From NCBI GenBank assembly GCA_965204375.1, contig OZ241986.1, positions 3,520,001-3,584,000 of the forward strand: a stretch of 64,000 nt of DNA, in the 5' to 3' direction. The position numbers and the translations under genes are program-made. The notes beneath the pieces are model-generated. The model was not told the origin of the DNA, ran no database searches, and saw only the letters and a program-made list of their open reading frames with translations. This document shows positions 1-7,208 of the stretch, in pieces (the first letter of the stretch is position 1; every line of letters starts with the position of its first letter). This DNA is from Candidatus Latescibacterota bacterium (GTDB lineage: Bacteria > Latescibacterota > UBA2968).

Positions 1-385
1 TTGGAGAGAAACGCAAATATCCGAGCAAGGGCATAGAAAGCCACTCTTGCGTATGTCGGGACTTCAGGGCAGTTGACAGCAGCGGGTTGCGACCGCAGGT
101 TTGGGTGGTATGCCCCCTAACTGTGCCCCTCGAATCTGTCCAGTGCAAGACAGCAACCCATTGCACCGCACACCAGATAGACCCGCCTCTCCACTAACGT
201 CACCAGAGAGGAGAAAAGACCTGTGTCCCACCGCCGAAACCGTTTGCTCCTCTACGAGAGTGCCTTTGGATGGACTATGACAAAAGTCTCTGAAATAATA
301 CTCATACATCAGTAATGCTACAACCAAAAAACGGCACAGCCGATTGCCTCTTACCACGCCCAAAGGATGTGGCTTCCACTAACGA

Positions 386-790
386 GTGAAGGTCTTCTTC
401 GAATGGCCGTACGAGGAATCGTGGAATATTACCCAGGCTCACCACTACCTCAGCCGATTCTGTGAGTTTGATCCCGAGCATTGCCTCCTCGCCCTCGACA
501 AAAATAAGGTAATTGGCGCGATGTTCGGATACTGCTATCCCTGGCAAGACCGAATCAACTACTACATGCAAGAACTTTTTGTCGATCCCGATCAAAGGCG
601 GTCAGGCCACGGACGAAGACTGGTGCGTCATCTGCTCGACAAACTCGGAGAATCGGACGTATCCATGTCCCTGATCGCCAATGAGGCAACGCCAGCAGCC
701 GCATTCTACGAGGAACTTGGACTGCGGCAGCACAGATACTACAAATTTTATTGCGGTACCATAAAACCGGGGGATTATGTAGTTGAGTAG
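386..790 (+). CDS. GNAT family N-acetyltransferase; C-terminus altered by IS insertion
   Basis: ELFVDPDQRRSGHGRRL (acetyl-CoA motif A) and AAAFYEELG. The last codons lie inside the IS left end. The start is uncertain and the N-terminus looks short. Confidence 0.8.
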   Translation: MKVFFEWPYEESWNITQAHHYLSRFCEFDPEHCLLALDKNKVIGAMFGYCYPWQDRINYYMQELFVDPDQRRSGHGRRLVRHLLDKLGESDVSMSLIANEATPAAAFYEELGLRQHRYYKFYCGTIKPGDYVVE

Positions 791-792
791 CA
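770..792 (+). repeat. Left terminal inverted repeat of the IS1595 element
   Basis: Reverse complement of 4142-4164 with one mismatch; directly preceded by TAAAACCG. Confidence 0.93.
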
Positions 793-822
793 TGATCGCT
801 CCTCCTTTCAGTTTCAATTTAG

Positions 823-851
823 AAAATATGAATATTCATTGACATTGTAAA
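823..851 (-). promoter_or_regulatory. Predicted outward-facing sigma70 promoter with palindromic operator-like site
   Basis: Minus strand TTTACA-17 bp-TATTTT; the spacer contains the perfect palindrome ATGAATATTCAT (828-839). Confidence 0.45.
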
Positions 852-867
852 AGGGATTCGATAGATT
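839..867 (+). promoter_or_regulatory. Predicted sigma70 promoter for the 976-1431 passenger gene
   Basis: TTGACA (839-844)-17 bp-TAGATT (862-867). Confidence 0.6.
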
Positions 868-975
868 ATCAGCATCTGTCAAATTACTGATATTTTTGTC
901 TTACATTACGAATATACGTTTTAGCCCTGACGGACAAACTCACGGAAGCCCTGACGGCATCCAAAGGAGAGTTCC

Positions 976-1431
976 ATGGATATACAGAGACTCATTAAAG
1001 AAGAGTACAAGGAGCATGAACCTTTCTATTGCAAGGAACACGCTTTGGCAATATCGAAAAGGAACGTACTCGAAAGAATTGTGCGCGAGCGTTCTGGAGA
1101 GCCTGAGGTAGTCCCCTCGATCTGGGATAACAAGCGGGCACCTACTCCGATTGTGGTGCCAGGGGGATCTGGTGGCGAAGCCATAGGTGTTGCTTTAGTC
1201 GCTTTGCTCATCGGCGGCGGCTATGCGCTATACAAATGGCTATCCAGTGACGATGCCCAAACGTCGTCCAATGACACTTCTGGCAACTCTGGTGCCCCTT
1301 CTGTGAATGAGCAACTCAACCGCATCGAGGAAAGGCTCGACGGACTCGACGCGAAACACGCCGACATTGAAAGGGCGCAAGATAGAGCGAAAGCCATCCT
1401 GGACCGCCTTAAAGTTCCCGAAGCGGCTTAA
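976..1431 (+). CDS. Hypothetical single-pass membrane protein with C-terminal coiled coil (IS passenger)
   Basis: SD AAAGGAG before ATG; hydrophobic AIGVALVALLIGGGYALYKWL; heptad-like LNRIEERLDGLDAKHADIERAQDRAKAIL. Confidence 0.7.
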   Translation: MDIQRLIKEEYKEHEPFYCKEHALAISKRNVLERIVRERSGEPEVVPSIWDNKRAPTPIVVPGGSGGEAIGVALVALLIGGGYALYKWLSSDDAQTSSNDTSGNSGAPSVNEQLNRIEERLDGLDAKHADIERAQDRAKAILDRLKVPEAA

Positions 1432-1443
1432 CCATATTACATG

Positions 1444-1530
1444 AAAAAAGCCCTGGCGGTATCGAGTCAAACTGCTGATAGCATTAGAGCATTCAAGTTT
1501 GTCCGTCAGGGCCATGAGAGCTAATTTCCT
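1444..1530 (-). ncRNA. Predicted structured antisense sRNA convergent on the 976-1431 gene
   Basis: Minus strand GCCCTGACGG...CCGCCAGGGC closing stem followed by TTTTTT, with inner CAAACT/AGTTTG stem. Complementary to leader sites 879-892, 923-933 and 946-961. The 5' end is uncertain. Confidence 0.45.
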
Positions 1531-1600
1531 GTCATAATTTTATGCCAGAAAAAGGGAGATTTCGCAACTAAAATACTGCCCACTTGGGCAGTAAAAACAC

Positions 1601-1629
1601 TTGCATTTCAGAGGTTACGATGTTATCTT
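1601..1629 (+). promoter_or_regulatory. Predicted sigma70 promoter of the transposase leader
   Basis: TTGCAT-17 bp-TATCTT; preceded by inverted repeat TACTGCCCA/TGGGCAGTA (1574-1593) and overlapped by GGTTACGAT/ATCGTAACC (1613-1646). Confidence 0.5.
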
Positions 1630-1666
1630 TATATCAAATCGTAACCCCTTATTTTTTGGGTAGATA

Positions 1667-1750
1667 TAAAAAGGGCGAGACCTATGTTCGCGCATAGGTC
1701 TCGCCCGACTGCCCTCCATCAAGCTAAACAAAGTGACATTGCCTTAGCTT
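1667..1750 (-). ncRNA. Predicted antisense RNA (about 85 nt) to the transposase leader
   Basis: Minus-strand promoter TTGCAA-17 bp-TATTTT (1785-1757); hairpin 1719-1752; terminator stem 1673-1706 followed by a T run on the minus strand. Confidence 0.5.
1668..1706 (-). terminator. Rho-independent terminator
   Basis: Perfect 14-bp stem GGGCGAGACCTATG/CATAGGTCTCGCCC, 6-nt loop, T tract on the minus strand. Confidence 0.7.
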
Positions 1751-1804
1751 GAACAAAAAATAACGGGTAGCCACACAAATTGCAAGAGAAAAGTGAGGTG
1801 TGCT

Positions 1805-2770
1805 ATGGCTACCAATGCCCCTGGCATGCATTTCCGTGAGGGCATGTCTCTGATTCAGTTGTTCCAGATGTTTCCTGATGATGAGGCTGCCGAGAAGTGG
1901 TTTGTTCACACGCGCTGGCCGGATGGGATGGCCTGTCCGCACTGTGGGAGTACGAATGTCAACGAAAAGGCCACACACCCTACGATGTCCTTCAGATGCC
2001 GAGAATGTGTCAAATACTTCTCGCCAAAGACGGGCACCATCATGGCACGATCTAAGCTCGGATACCAGATATGGCTTATTGCCATCTATCTCTACACCAC
2101 ACACCTTAAAGGCGTGTCCTCTATGAAGCTACACAGAGACCTCGACATCACACAGAGAACCGCCTGGTTCTTACTCCATCGCATCAGGCACGCCATGTCT
2201 GAGGAGGAACAGACCCTCTTTGAGGGCACAGTAGAAGTCGATGAGACGTATATCGGTGGGAAGGAAGGGAACAAACACGCCAAAGACAAACTGCGTACTG
2301 GCAGAGGCACAGCAGGCAAAGTCCCTGTGGCCGGTGTCAAGAACAGAGACACAAAGCAAGTGCAGGCAATCGTGATCGACGAGGCCGATGAGGACACGTT
2401 GAAAGTGTTTATTGAGGATACTGTGGCGCGTGGGGCCACTGTCTATACGGACGGCTCACACGTCTATAACAGTCTGGAGGGGTATGAACACGAAAAGGTG
2501 ATTCACTCGCGGGGCGAATACGTCCGGGGGGATGTGTGGACAAACGGCATCGAATCATTCTGGTCAGGGATCAAACGCGGCATTATGGGCGTGTACCACA
2601 AGATCAGCCCAAAGCACCTGTGGCGATATGTCACAGAGTTTGTGGCACGCCAGAACATGCGGATGCGAGACACCATCGACCAGATGACGCTCATTGTGCG
2701 GAGGTTCGAGGGAAAACGGCTAAGGTATGCAGACTTGACGGCACTGTATCCATCGCTGGAATTACGTTGA
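1805..2770 (+). CDS. IS1595-family transposase (Zn ribbon + ISXO2-like DDE domain)
   Basis: RWPDG..CPHCGS..CRECVK zinc ribbon; VEVDETYIGG, VYTDG, TNGIESFWS, YHKISPKHL..Y..EF motifs; SD GAGGTG. Confidence 0.95.
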   Translation: MATNAPGMHFREGMSLIQLFQMFPDDEAAEKWFVHTRWPDGMACPHCGSTNVNEKATHPTMSFRCRECVKYFSPKTGTIMARSKLGYQIWLIAIYLYTTHLKGVSSMKLHRDLDITQRTAWFLLHRIRHAMSEEEQTLFEGTVEVDETYIGGKEGNKHAKDKLRTGRGTAGKVPVAGVKNRDTKQVQAIVIDEADEDTLKVFIEDTVARGATVYTDGSHVYNSLEGYEHEKVIHSRGEYVRGDVWTNGIESFWSGIKRGIMGVYHKISPKHLWRYVTEFVARQNMRMRDTIDQMTLIVRRFEGKRLRYADLTALYPSLELR

Positions 2771-2795
2771 CAGGCACGGCGATATGATGTATAAC
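2767..2795 (+). promoter_or_regulatory. Predicted sigma70 promoter for the small passenger ORFs
   Basis: TTGACA (2767-2772)-17 bp-TATAAC (2790-2795), overlapping the transposase stop codon. Confidence 0.6.
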
Positions 2796-2809
2796 TAAAC
2801 TGTGCAGAA

Positions 2810-2882
2810 CGCACAAATGGAAATGACTCACCCCGTAGAAGGTGAGCCATTCCAAACACTAAAATTCATCGCCGACAGATGA
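2810..2882 (-). ncRNA. Predicted antisense RNA (about 70 nt) to the leader of the small ORFs
   Basis: Minus-strand promoter TTGACA-17 bp-TAAGTT (2917-2889); GC-rich hairpin GGAAATGACTCACC/GGTGAGCCATTCC near the predicted 3' end. Confidence 0.45.
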
Positions 2883-2936
2883 TGCCTAAACTTACATCAC
2901 TTGGGGGCATCTGTCAAGGCGGAAAGGAAGCATGCT

Positions 2937-3110
2937 ATGCCCTTCAATAAAGAAGAAGCCTTGCAGGAGATGGAGGCAGAGCGGGTAGCATTAGAGGTCT
3001 ATCTGCGCCGGAACGGAGAGACGCCACAATCCATCCAACGGCGCATACCGAAGGCGCCACCACCCATAGAATCAAAGCCGATCATGCCGACAGTGCCACC
3101 ACCCATTTGA
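2937..3110 (+). CDS. Hypothetical 57-aa protein with Pro-rich tail (IS passenger)
   Basis: SD-like AAGGAAG 6 nt before ATG; downstream of the predicted promoter. No family recognised. Confidence 0.5.
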   Translation: MPFNKEEALQEMEAERVALEVYLRRNGETPQSIQRRIPKAPPPIESKPIMPTVPPPI

Positions 3111-3123
3111 ACGGAGGGTAGTC

Positions 3124-3333
3124 ATGAATCAGCCAGTACTTATTGAACCTGAGAGTGTAGTAGTGGACCGTAGCCCTATGCCAATTCCTCGTCCGGTGAC
3201 ACTTGCTATTCATTATCGCACCTCAGATGGTGCATTGTCTGTCATAGTGTTCGGATTGACCGTACCACAGGCAGATAAATTGGAGTCGGATTTACGTCTA
3301 AAGAGGGGAGAAGCCTCAACATCAGGAATATGA
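3124..3333 (+). CDS. Hypothetical 69-aa protein (IS passenger)
   Basis: SD GGAGG before ATG; 13 bp after the previous ORF. Confidence 0.5.
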   Translation: MNQPVLIEPESVVVDRSPMPIPRPVTLAIHYRTSDGALSVIVFGLTVPQADKLESDLRLKRGEASTSGI

Positions 3334-3486
3334 AGCATAAACATACATCCATCTGGTATCTCTAACGACGCCTGAAACTTCGCCATTTCTTCCCAGTTTA
3401 TTTCGTAATCGCTGGCTTTTTGCTGTTCTGAAGTAGCCATCTCTCTCACCTCCTTCTGAGATTAAAATATCAGGTTGGAAAATCAC

Positions 3487-4104
3487 ATGCAAATATACAC
3501 CCCAGGTGGATTGACAATCAAGTTACATGCAGACCGGGTTGAGCGTGTATTAAAACCTGTCCGTCATCTCATAAACATCGAAGATGCTTTCGTTGATATT
3601 CAATTATGGGCAAACTTCCCCGGTAATATGTTGTCAATTTTAGCTATTATTACTGCTCTAACCACACAGTCATGGACTTCGGTATTGATTGTGGGTGTTC
3701 TTGGCTTTGTTTTGGTCGATCTCTACCAACAATTTTTTTACTCACGTTTTCTCAAGGTGTTATTTCCTTTTGTATTAGGGGCGTTCTACGTCACACTGCC
3801 AGCCTCATTGATCACCATTTATATTTTATATCAAGAAGGTGCTATTATAGCTGGAATCACTCAGTTTGTTATGGTTCTTATGGACATTACAGGCATTGCC
3901 GATTTGATTTTATTTTTTTCTACGCCTATTAGGTTTTCTGTCCGATGCCTCTTTGGCAAAAGAGCAAAGGAAGGTGCGATTGAAGAGGCCTTTATTAAAA
4001 TCTTGAATCACAAAGCAAGACAAGTTGGCGTAATTCTCGATTGGCAAAGCTACAATCGCCGAGAAACTGATACCTCTTTCTTTTTTGGGGATCATGTGAG
4101 ATAA
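3487..4104 (+). CDS. Hypothetical multi-pass membrane protein (IS passenger)
   Basis: AT-rich ORF of about 205 aa with several hydrophobic segments; ends 37 bp before the right terminal repeat. Confidence 0.7.
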   Translation: MQIYTPGGLTIKLHADRVERVLKPVRHLINIEDAFVDIQLWANFPGNMLSILAIITALTTQSWTSVLIVGVLGFVLVDLYQQFFYSRFLKVLFPFVLGAFYVTLPASLITIYILYQEGAIIAGITQFVMVLMDITGIADLILFFSTPIRFSVRCLFGKRAKEGAIEEAFIKILNHKARQVGVILDWQSYNRRETDTSFFFGDHVR

Positions 4105-4141
4105 TGCTGCCAGCACACGCATCACTTGCCTCCTTTCGCTC

Positions 4142-4164
4142 TGCTACTCAGCTACATAATCCCC
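4142..4164 (-). repeat. Right terminal inverted repeat of the IS1595 element
   Basis: 22/23 match to the left repeat; directly followed by TAAAACCG. Confidence 0.93.
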
Positions 4165-4199
4165 TAAAACCGGACGTGGAATAGTCTATCTTACAAGCC

Positions 4200-4676
4200 A
4201 TGCAAATCGAGAATATCAAGCACCACCTCGACGCCATTGACACGCTATCACAGGCGCAATTTGAACTGTGGGGACCTCTTACAGGTCGAAACACACTAAA
4301 AGAATATCGCGAGTTACTCCACTTCGCCGCCGAATCCGAGAGCCTGCCAACCACGCTCGTTGCCGTAGAAAACGCAACCGTCCTCGGCTCTGTAAACGTA
4401 CTCGAAAACGATCTGCTACTCCGTCCTGATATTGCGCCCTGGTTAGCGCAATTATTTGTATTTCCAAATTTCCGACGCCGGGGTGCAGGTGCATTGCTAA
4501 TTGCGGGTGCGATTGCAGAGGCGCGAAAGCTGAACAGACCAATACTCTATCTGTACACGTCTGGAACGCTACCGAGTTATTACGAAAAACTCGGATGGTC
4601 TCGCATGGGAGAGATCGCGTACCTGGGCAAGCGCAGAGTGATAATGGCCTACGAAATCGATTTAAAAATAAAATAG
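4200..4676 (+). CDS. GNAT family N-acetyltransferase
   Basis: PWLAQLFVFPNFRRRGAGALL, LYLYT and YYEKLGW motifs. Confidence 0.9.
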   Translation: MQIENIKHHLDAIDTLSQAQFELWGPLTGRNTLKEYRELLHFAAESESLPTTLVAVENATVLGSVNVLENDLLLRPDIAPWLAQLFVFPNFRRRGAGALLIAGAIAEARKLNRPILYLYTSGTLPSYYEKLGWSRMGEIAYLGKRRVIMAYEIDLKIK

Positions 4677-4808
4677 GCGCGATTACTGTGAAATAGATGA
4701 AGGGATGGCTTCTTCTTGATTTATGCACACCCCTCAGTTATATGATTGTTTTTTAACAAATTTAATCTATATTTCTTTATACAAACAATGGGATCCTGGA
4801 GAAAGCAC

Positions 4809-4991
4809 ATGATAGAAAAAGTCGTTCGAAAGCGAAACCTGACAACGCATTCCCAGGCAAAAGAAGATCTGGCCTACTGGCTGAGTCGGCCCGCAGAAGA
4901 GCGGGTTTTAGCCGTAGAATATCTCAGGCGACAACACCATGGAAGTACAGGAAGACTTCAAAGAGTTGCTCGCGTTATTAAACGCGCATGA
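4809..4991 (+). CDS. Small hypothetical protein, probable partner of the downstream nucleotidyltransferase
   Basis: DLAYWLSRPAEERVLAVEYLR type of peptide; overlaps the start of the next gene. Confidence 0.6.
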   Translation: MIEKVVRKRNLTTHSQAKEDLAYWLSRPAEERVLAVEYLRRQHHGSTGRLQRVARVIKRA

Positions 4992-5388
4992 TGTCGAATA
5001 TGTGATCGTGGGTGCGTATGCGCTTTCACATCATGGTGTACCGCGATACACTGGGGATCTGGACATTTTGATTCGGGCAGAAACCGAAAATGCGCGACGA
5101 ATTTTAGATGCTCTATTAGAATTTGGATTCGGAAATCTGGAATTGACATTGACAGACTTTACCATGCCCAATCATGTCATTCAACTTGGATATCCTCCCG
5201 TGCGTGTTGATCTAATTACGTCAATTACAGGTGTTTCATGGGAAGAAGTAGCAAAAAATAAGGAAACGGGAATATATGGCGGCATTGAGGTCTTTTATAT
5301 TGGACGACCTCAACTGGTGAAAAACAAACGTCTTACTGGTCGCCAAAAGGATTTGGCCGATCTGGAGGCATTGGAAGAAAACGAGTAA
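4939..5388 (+). CDS. Minimal nucleotidyltransferase-fold protein
   Basis: YVIVGAYAL..HGVPRYTGDLDI (GG/GA..DxD signature) and C-terminal NK..TGRQKDLADL. Confidence 0.8.
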   Translation: MEVQEDFKELLALLNAHDVEYVIVGAYALSHHGVPRYTGDLDILIRAETENARRILDALLEFGFGNLELTLTDFTMPNHVIQLGYPPVRVDLITSITGVSWEEVAKNKETGIYGGIEVFYIGRPQLVKNKRLTGRQKDLADLEALEENE

Positions 5389-5418
5389 AAATCGCCGATA
5401 TATTGTTCCTATTATATG

Positions 5419-5453
5419 AAAAAGCCTTACAGATCATTCTGTAAGGCTTTTTT
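5419..5453. terminator. Bidirectional rho-independent terminator
   Basis: AAAAAGCCTTACAGA-tcat-TCTGTAAGGCTTTTTT. Confidence 0.85.
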
Positions 5454-5563
5454 GCGGCATTAATCTTTACCCACCCCTCCCGTGTAATACAGAAACCCTT
5501 TGGTAGATAGAACTGTCAAATGATAAATCTCCGTTGTAAGACGCTATCTATCAGGGAGTATTC

Positions 5564-5908
5564 ATGACCATCATACGATACCCGGGAAAAGCGGTTGGTC
5601 GCAGTGAATCCGTCGAACACAATGGCATCCTCTATACAGCCGTCATTGCGCCGGACTTATCTGCAGACTTCAAGAGCCAGACCCGGCAAGCGCTCGAACA
5701 GTTAGACACAAACCTCGCTGAGGCAGAAACCGATAGAACCTGTCTCCTCTCCGTCACAATCTATATCACAGATATGTCAAAGAAACCCATCCTGAACGAA
5801 ATTTGGGACGCCTGGATCGGTCCCTACAATTGGCCCCAGCGCGCCTGTATAGAAGCCAGGCTCGAAGGAAATACACTTGTAGAGATAGTCGCAATTGCTG
5901 CGAAATAA
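5564..5908 (+). CDS. RidA/YjgF family protein
   Basis: QTRQALEQLD, LLSVTIYITDM, NEIWDAW, PQRACIEARL, LVEIVAIAA. Confidence 0.9.
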   Translation: MTIIRYPGKAVGRSESVEHNGILYTAVIAPDLSADFKSQTRQALEQLDTNLAEAETDRTCLLSVTIYITDMSKKPILNEIWDAWIGPYNWPQRACIEARLEGNTLVEIVAIAAK

Positions 5909-5923
5909 CATCAAACAGAAGGA

Positions 5924-6424
5924 ATGATCATAATGGACACACACATCAGAGTCAGCACAAAAGCTCTCATACTTCGAGACGACGCCATTCTGCTCGTGGA
6001 ATACGATGACGAATCGGGACTTCACTACAACATGCCGGGAGGCGGTGTTGAACCGGATGAGACTCTGGAAGAGGCACTTAAAAGAGAGATAAAAGAAGAG
6101 ACCTGCGCTGAAGCCGAAGTAGGTCGGCCGCTCATCATTACGGAATACGAGCCAAAAAGAAATGCATTCTGGGGAGGAACGCGTCACTCACTTACAGTGA
6201 TCTTCGAGTGCAAGCTCACAGGTGATACAGAACCCCGGATGCCACAAAAACCAGACCCCAATCAGACAGCGGTCAAATGGATTCCCCTCGTTGATCTGGA
6301 AAAAGTGGAATTGCTCCCACACGTCACAGATCACATTCTGGCCTACGCGAACAAACAGGAAAACCACTACCCAATCTATCTCTGCGAACCCATAAACCCC
6401 GATAAAGTGCAGAAGTATCTTTGA
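5924..6424 (+). CDS. NUDIX hydrolase
   Basis: Nudix box PGGGVEPDETLEEALKREIKEET. The start could be 5933. Confidence 0.92.
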   Translation: MIIMDTHIRVSTKALILRDDAILLVEYDDESGLHYNMPGGGVEPDETLEEALKREIKEETCAEAEVGRPLIITEYEPKRNAFWGGTRHSLTVIFECKLTGDTEPRMPQKPDPNQTAVKWIPLVDLEKVELLPHVTDHILAYANKQENHYPIYLCEPINPDKVQKYL

Positions 6425-6456
6425 TGCACTCGGAAAACAAAAGAACGGTTTAGACC

Positions 6457-7170
6457 ATGGCAAAATTTGAAGAATCCAGGTGGGGCGAAACAGAATACGC
6501 CCAGGAATATCAAGACCATTCGCAACACTTTTTACCCGAACGAAATACGCATTTCGAGATACTTGCTTCATTCTACCAGCATTTTGTTCAGAAAAAGCGC
6601 GTTCTCGATCTCGGATGTGGAGATGGAATTATAAGCGAGAGACTACTCCTTATAGACCCTCATATCCAATTGGTAGCAGTTGATGGCTCTGAAGAAATGC
6701 TTTCAGCCGCTAAAAAGAGACTTGCTGTATATGACGTAGAAAATTTCATCAAAATGCCTTTCGAAGATATAATCGAAGGTAAAGTAAACCTGGATACCTT
6801 CGACTTCATTGTCTCTTGCTTCGCCATTCACCACCTGGAGAAATTACAAAGACGAGGGCTATTTGAAAAAATTCTGAATATGTTAGCACCAAACTCGTAT
6901 TTTCTGAATATCGATATTGTTTTACCAACAACAGAACCCCTCGAAAACTGGTATTTCGACCTCTGGAGAGAATGGATTCAAAAGCATGAAGAGCAAGAAA
7001 ATCTCTCTGAATCCTTTTCACATATTCCCGATGAAGCGCGTGTTCGTCCTGAGAACTTTTATGATACGTTAGAGAGCCAACTTGAGGATTTGCAGATAGT
7101 CGGCTTTGAGGAAATCACCTGCCATTACCGATATGGGCTTTTTGGAATATATAGCGGGAGAAAGCCATAA
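6457..7170 (+). CDS. Class I SAM-dependent methyltransferase
   Basis: VLDLGCGDG, AVDGSEEML, FDFIVSCFAIHHL. Confidence 0.92.
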   Translation: MAKFEESRWGETEYAQEYQDHSQHFLPERNTHFEILASFYQHFVQKKRVLDLGCGDGIISERLLLIDPHIQLVAVDGSEEMLSAAKKRLAVYDVENFIKMPFEDIIEGKVNLDTFDFIVSCFAIHHLEKLQRRGLFEKILNMLAPNSYFLNIDIVLPTTEPLENWYFDLWREWIQKHEEQENLSESFSHIPDEARVRPENFYDTLESQLEDLQIVGFEEITCHYRYGLFGIYSGRKP

Positions 7171-7208
7171 AAAATAACGAGAATCCGTTTTCATTTTAAC
7201 CGGAGATA

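Larger units (their letters stand above)
770..4164 (+). mobile_element. IS1595-family element carrying passenger genes (3,395 bp)
   Basis: Terminal inverted repeats GGGGATTATGTAGTTGAGTAGCA (770-792) and TGCTACTCAGCTACATAATCCCC (4142-4164) match 22/23. Direct repeat TAAAACCG at 762-769 and 4165-4172. IS1595 transposase inside. Confidence 0.93.

Noticed and set aside
1-385. Possible gene, or a frameshifted N-terminus of the first GNAT
   Set aside because: No recognisable motif in the frames I read; an in-frame TAA lies just before the GTG at 386. A frameshift is possible but unsupported.
1793-2770. IS limited to the transposase gene
   Set aside because: No terminal repeats next to the gene; the real repeats and target duplication are at 762-792 and 4142-4172.
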